Part shown: piece after piece, positions 1 to 10,430 of the stretch | Position numbering within the stretch: the first letter of the stretch is position 1 | Layout: every line of letters starts with the position of its first letter | Assembly: GCF_006345805.1 (NCBI RefSeq) | Contig: NC_043014.1 | Location: 44,082,001 to 44,146,000 of the forward strand | Length of the DNA stretch: 64,000 nt | Source of the DNA: Octopus sinensis | Taxonomy: Eukaryota | Direction: 5' to 3' | The notes under the pieces: model-generated | What the model was told of the DNA's origin: nothing | What the model saw: the letters and a program-made list of their open reading frames with translations, nothing else | Database searches by the model: none | Program-made: the position numbers and the translations under genes

Positions 1-520
1 TATTCATTTTTTTTCTCTCATAGCAGACAGAGAGTTAATAAGAGATTGTATTGAATCTCTTTCAATGACCTGAGGTTAAGTAAAGTAATTTAATTTCTAT
101 AAATGGTTGGAGGTTAAATAACAGAAAATGAGGTTACTCACAGCTTAAACACGCCAAGTATTCGAGTCATTATCAACAGCAAGTTGCCATCCACCAATCT
201 TGGAGAATCTAAGGGGGAAAAAATGGCTAATATTCAAATGGAATTTATGAAAAAAAAACAAATCTATTAGATTTTCATCTCACAGCTAGAGGTAAAAATA
301 ACAAAATATTCAGTCAAAAAAACAATGTTGGTGAAAATAATATCTCTTGTATTCTGCCCACTGCCTTTTAAAGTTTTAGAATAGAATCCTTCAGGCCAAG
401 AATATTGGTCTCTGATGTTGAAATAGATGTGGCCCTCAACTTGAAGCTCCATTCAAGCATGAATCGAAAAGCAGAAGTTTAACATCTGAAAATGCAACAA
501 AAAATGAGAGCTTGAAAAGC

Positions 521-1174
521 AAACTCCACCCATCTAACACCCGTGGACATATCCTTTTCAAACTCCACCCATCTAACACCCGTGGACATATCCTTTTCAA
601 ACTCCACCCATCTAACACCCGTGGACATATCCTTTTCAAACTCCACCCATCTAACACCCGTGGACATATCCTTTTCAAACTCCACCCATCTAACACCGTG
701 GACATATCCTTTTCAAACTCCACCCATCTAACACCCGTGGACATATCCTTTTCAAACTCCACCCATCTAACACCCGTGGACATATCCATTTCAAACTCCA
801 CCCATCTAACACCCGTGGACATATCCTTTTCAAACTCCATCCATCGAACACCCGTGGACATATCCTTTTCAAACTCCACCCATCTAACACCCGTGGACAT
901 ATCCTTTTCAAACTCCACCCATCGAACACCCGTGGACATATCCTTTTCAAACTCCACCCATCGAACACCCGTGGACATATCCTTTTCAAACTCCACCCAT
1001 CGAACACCCGTGGACATATCCTTTTCAAACTCCACCCATCTAACACCTGTGGACATATCCTTTTCAAACTCCACCCATCGAACACCCGTGGACATATCCT
1101 TTTCAAACTCCACCCATCTAACACCCGTGGACATATCCTTTTCAAACTCCACCCATCTAACACCCGTGGACATA
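521..1174. repeat. 39-bp minisatellite (~17 units) derived from CR1 ORF2 sequence
   Basis: Unit TCAAACTCCACCCATCTAACACCCGTGGACATATCCTTT; one 38-bp unit near 693; explains the repetitive ORFs on both strands. Confidence 0.97.
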
Positions 1175-1443
1175 TTTACAAAGTCAGAAAACAGCACAGC
1201 TCCCTTGACTTCAGGAAACATTTTTTCACGCTGAGAGTTGCTGAAGCATGGAACAAACTGCCGGCATCAGTCGTTAGTTGTCGGAGCACTGCATCCTTCA
1301 AAACTTCCATGCTTCCTGAGATTCGCCAACACTACACCTGATTTTCTCCCCTCCATACACACACAAGCATGTATCAGACAATTGTACATTACTGCATATA
1401 CTCTATACGCACTTTCTGACAAGTTGTGGTGCACCTGAGCACT
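1145..1443 (+). mobile_element. CR1-clade LINE 3' fragment (ORF2 C-terminus + 3'UTR)
   Basis: Translates KLHPSNTRGHIYKVRKQHSSLDFRKHFFTLRVAEAWNKLPASVVSCRSTASFK, the typical CR1 TRGH..R..FF..RV...WN.LP..VV end; stop ~1341. Confidence 0.85.
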
Positions 1444-1444
1444 T

Positions 1445-1990
1445 TACTTCTACTTGTTTCAGTCATTTGACTGCGGCCATGCTGGAGCACCGCCTTTAGT
1501 CGAGCAAATCGACCCCGGGACTTATTCTTTATAAGCCCAGTACTTATTCTATCGGTCTTTTTTGCCGAACCGCTAAGTGACGGGGACGTAAACACACCAG
1601 CATCGGTTGTCAAGCGATGCTAGGGGGACAAACACACACACACACATACATATATCATCGTCGTTTAACGTCCGTTCTCCATGCTAGCATGGGTTGGACG
1701 GTTCGACCGGGGTTCTGGGAAGCCAGAAGGCTGCACCAGGCTCCAGTCTAATTTGGCAATGTTTCTACAGCTGGATGCCCTTCCTAACGCCAACCACTCC
1801 GTGAGTGTAGTGGGTGCTTTTTACGTGCCACCTGCACAGGTGCCAGGCGGGGCTGGCAACGGCCACGGTCAGATTGGTGTATTTTATGTGCCACCGGCAC
1901 GGAAGCCAGTCGAGGCGGTGCTGGCATACGACAGGCTTCTTTCAGTTTCCGTCTACCAAATCCACTCACAAGGCATTGGTCGGCCCGTAT
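1445..1990 (-). mobile_element. SINE (CORE-like family) with nested RTE-tail-like element at ~1656-1925
   Basis: Reverse complement of the element at 8655-9050; nested segment carries GGATGCCCTTCCTAACGCCAACC. Confidence 0.7.
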
Positions 1991-2385
1991 ACAATAATTT
2001 CATTATTATTATCATTAATACAATCTTTGTCAGAGTGGCTGCTGGATAAAGCTTTCTTCAAATGAAAGGCTTTGTCTGTCATTCTGTGACCACACCAACT
2101 AATCCAACTCAAAGCTGTCTCTTGTAAAAAAGTAAAAAAAAAAAAAAAAGGTGCAGTGATTCATGTCCTGAATCGTTTTCATGCACCAGATCACTTTATG
2201 TGAGGCATCAACAAACACTAAAATAAAAGTGAAGTGGTGAGCCTCATAGACATGGCTGTGTGGTAAAAAAGCTTGCTTCCCAACCACATTGACCCAAGTT
2301 CAATGCCATTGTGAGGCACCTTGAGCAAATGTTTTCTATTATAGCCTTGTATGTAGAGTTGGTAAACAGAAGCTGAAAAAATGAA

Positions 2386-2770
2386 GGCGGCGAGCTGGCA
2401 GAAGTATTAGCACGCCGGGCGAAATGCTTAGCGGTATTTCGCCTGCCGCTACGTTCTGAGTTCAAATTCCGCCGAGGTCAACGTTGCCTTTCATCCTTTC
2501 GGGGTCGATTAAATAAGTACCAGTTACGCACTGGGGTCGATATAATCGACTTAATCCGTTTGTCCGCTCTGTGTTTAGCCCCTTGTGGGTAGTAAAGAAA
2601 TGGGTATTTTGTCTGCTGCTACGTTCTGAGTTCAAATTCTGTCGAGGTCGACTTTGCCTTTCATCCTTTTGGGGTCGATAAATTAAGTACCAGTTGTGTA
2701 CTAGGGTCGATCTAATCGACTGCCCCCTCCCCCAAAATTTAGGGCCTTATGCCTAGAGTAGAAAGAATTA
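2386..2770 (+). mobile_element. GGCGGCGAGCTGGCAG SINE, tandem A-B-B array
   Basis: tRNA-like head with GTTCAAATTCC B-box; tail CCCCTTGTGGGTAGTAAAGAAAT. Further copies at ~3254-3485(+), 9165-9540(-), 13791-14206(+), 23015-23237(+), 23539-23901(+), 31595-31826(-), 36190-36555(+), 42696-42850(-), 46068-46288(+), 54562-54927(-), 60041-60272(-). Confidence 0.9.
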
Positions 2771-3500
2771 TCTACAGTAAGCTTATACTATGAAGAATAC
2801 TGTTGACAAAATTTATCTACATACGGGCATAAACTTGTAAATATCAACACTTATTGCTGTATATGTCTGTCTGTCTATATATATATATATATATCTTTCA
2901 ATCTGTTTATCTACCTATCTGTCTATTTCTTTGTCTGTCTATCAGTATATCTGTTTGTCTGTCATTGTTTACAGTTGAAATTGAAGCATATAAAGTTATA
3001 AATAACAGTGTGTAAATATTAATTCTAAAAAAAAACCATTGTATAGAAAAAGAATGTTTAAGATGTGGGTTCATGTCCTGCAAACTACCTTTGACTTTTT
3101 CTTTCCAAAGGATTTTGTTTTTAACCCAATATTTATACGCTATTATTCATAGCTTCATCTTCTTTCTGTTCAACCATTAAAAACAAATCATTTCACCTTC
3201 TCTCAAAGTTTCTAAATTCTTATGAGGTAAACTGTGTATATATATAATATATAGGGCGGTGACCTGGCAGAAACGTTAGCACACCGGACGAAATGCGTAG
3301 CCATATTTCGTCTGCCGTTACGTTCTGAGTTCAAATTCCGCCGGGGTCGACTTTACTTTTCATCCTTTCGGGGTCGATAAATTAAGTACTAGTTACGCAC
3401 TGGGGTCGATGTAATCAACTTAATCCCTTTGTCTGTCCTTGTTGGTCCCCTCTGTGTTTAGCCCCTTGTGGGTAGTAAAGAAATATATATATATATATAT

Positions 3501-4432
3501 CAGTCCCACTGCATCACAGATCCTCCTCCATGTTTAACAGTTGGAAGAAGGCAGTCTGGGTCAAATGCGTCTTTTAGGGGGGGGGGCTATATCTTGGAAA
3601 TGGTTTCCCTTCATGGCAGAATTAATAGTCAAGACTATTTAAGCATTTTATCTGGTCAAATTCATCCTATAGTTGCGGAACTATTTCTGGAGGGTAACGT
3701 AATCTTTCAGGATGATAATGCACCAATTCACACAGCTAAAGTTGTTACTGAATGGTACGAGGAACATTCTAGTGAAGTTTGAACATTTCATCCGGCCACC
3801 ACAGCCCCCAGATCTCAATATTATTGAACATTTATGGTGTATTTTAGAAAAATAAGTAAGGAGTCGATATCCTCCACCATCATCACTACAAGAACTGGAG
3901 ACTGTTTTAGCCGAAGAATGGAGAAAAATTCCTTTGGAAACAATACAAACTTTGTACAAGTCGATACCTTGTAGAATTCAAGCTGTAATTACTGCCAAAG
4001 ACCATCGTGAAGAAACGAGTTGGCACTGTCATGCTTTTAGTTGTCAGAAGTGAAAGTAGAAAAATCTGACGTCAACTTCGTGTATTTACGTTGTCAGGTT
4101 TATACCTTCGTTAATTTACGCCGTTTATTTACGTACCACCACGCTGTTAGGGTTATAAAACTATTGCAGTTCAGTTTAAAGTTTATAAATAAATGCATTT
4201 CATTCCATGTTCTGTTTAAACTTTATAAATAAATAATATTCTTGCAGTGTGTGTATATGTGGCTAATGTGTGTGTGTGAAAAATAGTTGTGGTCTTCATC
4301 GGTAAAAGTTGTTTACAAGTTCTAAATGCCCCAAGGCAGCGTTTCTCAACCATCTGTTACCCAAGGACCCCATATTAAAATAAATTTATTTGAAATTTTA
4401 AGGTGTTTCCATTATTTTGTCCCAACCCCTGT
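3501..4432 (+). mobile_element. Degenerate Tc1/mariner transposon fragment
   Basis: FQDDNAPIH...PPQSPDLNIIEHLW catalytic motifs at ~3590-4000 with stops; inverted piece at 3501-3575 encodes PTVKHGGGSVMQW; Tc1-like TIR at ~4400-4432. Confidence 0.9.
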
Positions 4433-4444
4433 ATATATGCGGTG

Positions 4445-4784
4445 GATCTGATCAACGGAACAGCCTGCTCGTGAAATTAACGTAAGTGGCTGAGCACTCC
4501 ACAGACACGTGTACCCTTAACGTAGTTCTCGGGGATATTCAGCGTGACACAGGGAGTGACAAGGCCGGCCCTTTGAAATACAGGTACAACAGAAACAGGA
4601 AGTAAGAGTGAAAGAAAGTTGTGGTGAAAGAGTACAGCAGGGATCACCACCATCCCCTGCCGGAGCCTCGTGGAGCTTTAGGCGTTTTCGCTCAATAAAC
4701 ACTCACAACGCCCGGTCTGGGAATCGAAACCGCGATTCTACGACCGCGAGTCCGCTGCCCTAACCACTGGGCCATTGCGCCTCC
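4445..4784 (-). mobile_element. tRNA-Arg-headed SINE (octopus OR-like)
   Basis: Head GGAGGCGCAATGGCCCAGTGGTTAGGGCAGCGGACTCGCGG..GGTTTCGATTCCC; near-identical to other copies in the window. Confidence 0.9.
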
Positions 4785-4934
4785 TGTATATATGTACACA
4801 TACGTATATAAATGTGTGTCTTTGTGTCTGTTTGTTCCCTACCACCACCATCGCTTGATAACCGTTGTAGGCATGTTAATGTCCCCGTAACATAACGGTC
4901 TGGCCAAAGAGTAGGACAGAATAATACTAGGCTT

Positions 4935-5355
4935 GGATCTTTTCGGTTTGAACGGCAGTTTTTTCTAGCGGTGTCATATGAAATTGTCACCCATAATTAT
5001 GACCCTAGTATCGATCTATTGCATTTCAATCTGTTTTAGGGTTAGGGTTAGGGGTGGGGGAAGGGCATATTTTTTTCTTCACAAATGTAAATAAACCCAA
5101 TCTGTTTCTTAAACGAGGGACATATTCATACGGCACAGAATGTTTTTTTTTTACCTCAATAGACGTCATTGATTGGTTGAAATTGCAGAAATTGAAGAAA
5201 AAACCTCACAAATATCTTACAAACTATAGAATTTTCTCAATAAAGCCAAGAGAAAAAGATGTTTTATAAACCCATTCTACCAGTATACGAAGTTTTAAAA
5301 TTTTTCAGTTACCTAGAAATTATGTTAAAAACTGCCGTTCAAACCGAAAAGTTCC
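4935..5355. mobile_element. ~420-bp MITE, Merlin-like
   Basis: TIR GGATCTTTTCGGTTTGAACGGCAGTTTTT; 8-bp TSD CTAGGCTT; internal TTAGGG repeats. Other copies: 10666-11084, 11386-11797 (TSD ATGTAATC), 11954-12362, 12735-12895 (partial), 20111-20530 (TSD CGACTTTG), 25269-25685, 26985-27377 (TSD CTGGAGGG), 29535-29942, 36723-37147, 40467-40887, 46412-46805, 46986-47398, 53289-53380 (partial), 56955-57317 (partial), 57672-58083. Confidence 0.9.
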
Positions 5356-5774
5356 CTAGGCTTGCAAAGAATAAGTCCTGGGGTCGATGTTTTCGACCAA
5401 AAAAATATTAAAAAAAAAAAAACCTTTAAGGAGTTGCTCCAGCGTGGCTACAGTCAAAAGACTGAAACGAGTAAAAGCGTCATTGCTTTGAGAACATTAA
5501 GCCAGGTTTATCTGCTAGAATTCATAAATCTGATTCAACACAGTACCTGAACTATTTAGTCTTGTTGTTCAGTTTTGATTTTATGCAGTGGATATTTGAT
5601 AATTAGGATATGGTAAACATAATTACTCGTGGGTCAAAAGATTCCGTTCACTTACTTGAAATGGTTTTAATTCCGCGACAGGACAAATCTATATTACGGA
5701 GGATTTATGTATAACTTCGTTTTGAGAGTATTTGTGACCAACAGCCGCTGTCAATCAGTTAGGTTTAAAGAGCA

Positions 5775-6147
5775 CGGGAGAGAGAGAGAGAGAGAGAGAG
5801 ATGGGGAGTAGAGAGGACGAGAGGGGTGAGTGAGAGAAAGAGGGGGAGAGGGAGCGGGAGGGAGAGATAGGTGGGATAGAGAGGGGAGTGGAGGGAGAGA
5901 GAGGGGGAGGAGCGGGAGGGAAAGGGGGGGCGGAGCGGGAGGGAAGGGGGGGCGGAGCGGGAGGGAAAGGGGGGGAGGAGCGGGAGGAAAGAGAGGGAGA
6001 GAGCGGGAGGGAGAGAGAGGGAGAGAGCGGGAGGGAGAGAGAGGGTGGAGCGGGAGGGAGAGAGAGGGTGGAGAGAGAGGGAGGAGAGAGAGGGTGGAGA
6101 GGGAGGAGAGAGAGGGTGGAGAGAGAGGGAGGAGCGGGAGGGAGAGA
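5775..6147. repeat. GA-rich polypurine simple repeat
   Basis: (GA)n and GGAGCGGGAGGGA units; near-pure purine strand. Confidence 0.95.
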
Positions 6148-7473
6148 ATTTTATATTCGTGCCTTACTCAGTAATCAATAATGGTAGAATTATGATTGGG
6201 TATTAAAACTTTAGAGACTGACTCATAATAAAGCTTATAGAAATGTGTTTTGATCAAAAACGTTTCCCTATCTCACACACAATTTAAAAGGTAATTCAGA
6301 CAACTAGATATAATCTTTGAACATATTTAATGAAATAACTTAAAATCAGAAATTACAACTGACTTGCAATTAGCAGCCATTTTCCCTCCCTTCAACGTAG
6401 ATTCACACAATATCCACTAAAAATTATTATAAAAAAAAAAACATCGTGAAGAAACGAATTTAATATGTGTGTGTGTGTGTGTGAAGAAGATAGTTGTGGT
6501 CTCCATCGGCAAAAGTTGTTTACAAGTTCTGTATGCCCTAAGGCAGCGTTTCTCAACCAAGGACCCCTTTAATATTTTATTCTGGTGGACCTCCATACTC
6601 ATTCGATATTTAAAAACTACACTTATAGAAACTTCTTTCAAAATCTCTCTTTTGGTTTTTTACATATTAACTTACGTAGGTCGAACTATGTAAAATGTAA
6701 AAGAAAGAAGCCCAGCTGTTTCTTTCAATACATACCAATACATATATCTAAAGTAAAATTTTTTTTCATATACCCTTAAAATACTATTGTCTATCTTCAG
6801 TTTATTATATTGTATGAACCCCCAAAAGTCTTATATGGGCCCTGTGGGCTATATGGACTTCAACTGAGAAATACTACTTAGGAGACACGAGTTTTAACGT
6901 TTTAAGCAGAAACTTTCGAGCACTTCCACTCCACCATTACAGCAATAGTTCACAAAATGGAATAATTTTTATTCTACAGGAATCTGGGTTTCGTGTAGTA
7001 GACATAGTTTAAGTATTGAATCCTACATTTCTGACATCGTTTAAAACATAAAACTTTCTGCAAAGCTTTAAAAAATGGAGGTATAAAACTAATGCAATGA
7101 TGTTAAGAAATATTGAAAAAAATAAATATATAACGTTATTCAGGTTTTAACCCGTGACAGTGTAGACACCGTATTTAAAATATTCGGTTATATTTAGTTA
7201 TTTTTAATTAACTTTTTTTTAAATTCAATTGAAATATTAAAAGCTAAAGTACATGAAAGTAAAAAATTGATAACGGCAATGATTGAAATGTAACTGTATA
7301 CAACGAAAATAGATGAAATGTATACAATAATTTCATTATTATATACATTCATATATTATATATACATTTCATATAAATGAAATGTATGCAATAATTTCAT
7401 TATTATATATACATTTCATATAAATGAAATGCATACGATAATTTCATTATTATTATTATATATTTAAAGTTCG

Positions 7474-8076
7474 TTATAGATTTTGAACAACTTTGAAATT
7501 CGACATCATCCTCGGTGCACACAACAGGATAAAGAGTGCGAAACAATTGATAAGAATTGTCAGCATAAGCCAGTCATGTTGTAAACCGAAGATAATAGTT
7601 GCGGATGCCAGCTTAAACGAAGAGCATATGAGACAGTGGACGAGGGTGCGATTTGGTAAGGCCGCCTTTCGTTTCGTAAACGGGAAAACCATGCAGAAGA
7701 TTATCAACGAACCGGCCGATATAGCCAAGTCTAGCGGGATGATTAAATACTCGGATATGGTATACGAAAGTTCGTGAGATAATTTCAGCAGATGTATGAT
7801 GCTGCTGCAGAAATTGAACATAGATAACGCCAGATAGATGAGTAGATAGATCCAGTGTGGTTCATAGTGAGTGGGAGTAATGCGTTGTCGGTTCGTATGC
7901 TGCTGAGATTCTCCTAGCTCTACCATTTCTATGTTCTCTTCATCGTTACGATTGCTGGAAGCAGGTGGTGGTTGTGATGTTGCCCACGAATCATTCGAGG
8001 ATCGTAGTAAATTGTTCATACTCGGACTACTCTCCAAAGCATCCATATCTACATCAGTTCTAGAACCATCGTCCAT
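7474..8076 (-). CDS. Uncharacterised 4TM membrane protein, family copy 1 (200 aa)
   Basis: First ATG at 8076 (MDDGSRTD). Four hydrophobic segments: HWIYLLIYLALS.., EYLIIPLDLAI..FCMVFPF, LVHCLICSSFKLASATIIFGL, DWLMLTILINCF. Paralogous to the other copies. Confidence 0.85.
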   Translation of the reverse strand: MDDGSRTDVDMDALESSPSMNNLLRSSNDSWATSQPPPASSNRNDEENIEMVELGESQQHTNRQRITPTHYEPHWIYLLIYLALSMFNFCSSIIHLLKLSHELSYTISEYLIIPLDLAISAGSLIIFCMVFPFTKRKAALPNRTLVHCLICSSFKLASATIIFGLQHDWLMLTILINCFALFILLCAPRMMSNFKVVQNL

Positions 8077-8344
8077 TCTTTCTCGAGATATAATCTTCTT
8101 TAGCCGTTTTGGAACCAAATGATGTGAAAACTTTCCTCCGTTTGAAATCTTAGCAGCCGGTTTTGTTTTGTATTTGTTCTCCCGGAAATGGAAATTAAAA
8201 AAAAAAAAGAAGAAAAACTACTTCCCTATTTTTCTTTTAAATTGTAAAACTTACCTTAAATGAATTAGTCCACCATTTCGGCTTGCGTCTTGCTTTCCAT
8301 TTTTTACCTGCCATTTTCTTTGGTTAATTACTATACGTATTTTT

Positions 8345-8402
8345 GCATTCGAATCCACAACACAATTTCAATTCTTAGTGTAGGTCATCAAACTTCACTT
8401 AG
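8345..8402 (-). promoter_or_regulatory. Conserved upstream module of 4TM copy 1
   Basis: Sense AAGTGAAGTTTGATGACCTACACTAAGAATTGAAA; same motif found upstream of the paralogues. Confidence 0.6.
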
Positions 8403-8654
8403 GTTTTTAATGTTGTTAGAAAAATAATGAATACCACCTCTCGATTTGTGTCCAGTGGCGGAGGCCTGTAACTCAGTTGTTAAGGTGTGAGTAGCCATGA
8501 TCATAAGACTGCAGTTTCGATTCCTGGGCCAGGTAATGCGTTGTGTTGTTGTGTTCTTGAGCAAAATATTTCATTTCACCTTGCTCTTGTCCACTCAGCT
8601 AGTGAATGAAGTAAGAATAAAATGAAAAATGTTTTTGGAGGAAAAAATAAATGA

Positions 8655-8805
8655 TGTGTGGTAAGTAGCTTGTTTACCAACCACATGGTTCCGGGTTCAG
8701 TCCCACTGCGTGGAACCTTGGGCAAGTGTCTTCTACTATAGCCTCGGGCCGACCAAAGCCTTGTGAGTGGATTTGGTGGACGGGGCCTGAGGGAGGCCCG
8801 TCGTG

Positions 8806-8854
<49 letters not shown>

Positions 8855-9050
8855 CTGTGTTTGTCCCACCAACATCACTTGACAACCGATGCTGGTGTGT
8901 TTACGTCCCCGTAACTTAGCGGTTCGGCAAATGAGACCGATAGAATAAGTACTAGGCTTACAAAGAATAAGTCCTGGGGTCGATTTGCTCGACTAAAGGC
9001 GGTGCTCCAACATGGCCACAGGCAAATGACTGAAACAAGTGAAAGAGTAA
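8655..9050 (+). mobile_element. CORE-like tRNA SINE with internal (TA)n(TG)n
   Basis: tRNA-like head, then ACCTTGGGCAAGTGTCTT CORE-like segment; related copy at ~58200-58470(-). Confidence 0.8.
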
Positions 9051-10070
9051 AGAGATATAAAAATTAAAACTTGCCTTGTAAAATGTTTTTACAAGGCATA
9101 AAACAAATAATTCTAACTTTTGTACAAAGCCAATAATTTTAGAGGGGGTAGGGTTAGATAATACCATCCATATCTAGTGTTCAGCTGGTACTTATTTTGT
9201 CGATCCAGAAGGAATGAAAGGCAAAGCCGACCTCGGTGGAATTTGAACTCAGAACATAAAGATGGCCAAATGCCGCTGAATAGTTTGCCCAGTGCGCTAA
9301 CGATTCTTATTTCTTTATTGCCCACAAGGGGCTAAACATAGAGGGGGCAAACAAAGACAGACACAGGGATTAAGTCGATTACACCGACTCCAGTATGCAA
9401 CTGGTACTTCATTTATCGACCCCGAAAGGATGAAAGGCAAAGTCGACCTCGGCGGAATTTGAACTCAGAACGTAGCGGCAGACGAAATACTGCTAAGCAT
9501 TTCGCCCGGCGTGCTAACGATTCTGCCAGCTCGCCGCCTTGCTCGAGGGACACATTGAAAACAAGGGAAGATGAAACATTGACTAAACCTTCCCCTCAGA
9601 TTAGAGGCATTGTGTCTATACTAGAAACCGTTATTAAAGTGTGGTGGGCTGGTAGATTTCTAAGAGAGTCAAGCAAAATGCCCTGTGGTCTTTTGGCTCT
9701 TCACGATCTGACTTCAAAACATTCTGTTCTCTGTTCATCTCTCCGAGTCCCATACAGGAACTACCAGTCAAGTACCAGGATGGGGTAGGATCAATGATAC
9801 CATTTTACCGATTCCTTTCAAAATTACGAGCCGTGTACCTAAATTAGGAAATTGTTATTAGAACGGTTGGATTAGCATAATTGTTAGAGCGTTTGATGAA
9901 ATCCAATGGGGGCATGAAGGTATTTGTTGTGGCTATCTATGGTTTGAGTTCAAATCCCGCAGAGGTCAATTTGGCTTTTTATATATTCGGGTTGAGAAAA
10001 ATGAACCAGTGTCTATTTATTGACCGTTTCCTTCTCTGAAAATTGGCGGCTTGTTGTGTCTTCTACTGGT

Positions 10071-10430
10071 GGAGGTGCAATGGCCCAGTGGTTAGGGCAG
10101 CGGACTCGCGGTCATAGGATCGTGGTTTCGATTCCCAGACCGGGCGTTGTGAGTGTTTATTGAGCGAAAACACCTAAAAGCTCCACGAGGCTCCGGCAGG
10201 GGATGGTGGTGATCCCTGCTGTACTCTTTCACCACAACTTTCTCTCACTCTTACTTCCTGTTTCTGTTGTACCTGCCTTGTCACTCTCTGTGTCACGCTG
10301 AATATCCCCGAGAACTACGTTAAGGGTACACGTGTCTGTGGAGTGCTCAGCCGTTAATTTCACGAGCAGGCTGTTCCGTTAATTCGGATCAACCGGAACC
10401 CTCGTCGTCGTAACCGACGGAGTGCTTCCA
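10071..10430 (+). mobile_element. tRNA-Arg-headed SINE (OR-like)
   Basis: Full copy with TSD CTTCTACTGGT. Others at 12905-13473(+, internal duplication), 19377-19682(+), 34843-35025(+), 44627-45009(-), 45330-45695(-), 56248-56632(+). Confidence 0.9.

Noticed and set aside
1-520. Possible exon(s) of a neighbouring gene (acceptor-like TAG/CAG near 23)
   Set aside because: Short, with no recognisable protein motif; cannot be supported
521-1174. CRISPR-like regular repeat
   Set aside because: Contiguous tandem units with no unique spacers; eukaryotic context
436-1234. Long repetitive ORFs on both strands
   Set aside because: By-product of a stop-free 39-bp minisatellite
5830-6181. G/R/E-rich ORFs
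   Set aside because: Translation of a GA simple repeat
8077-8118. N-terminal extensions in the ORF track for copies 1, 2, 3 and 5
   Set aside because: They use non-ATG starts; the paralogues align at the downstream ATG
8240-8262. Perfect splice donor AG|GTAAGT upstream of copy 1
   Set aside because: The GT is not conserved at the equivalent position in most paralogues, so a shared 5'UTR intron cannot be asserted
10071-10145. tRNA-Arg genes
   Set aside because: These are SINE heads followed by SINE bodies and TSDs, not standalone tRNAs
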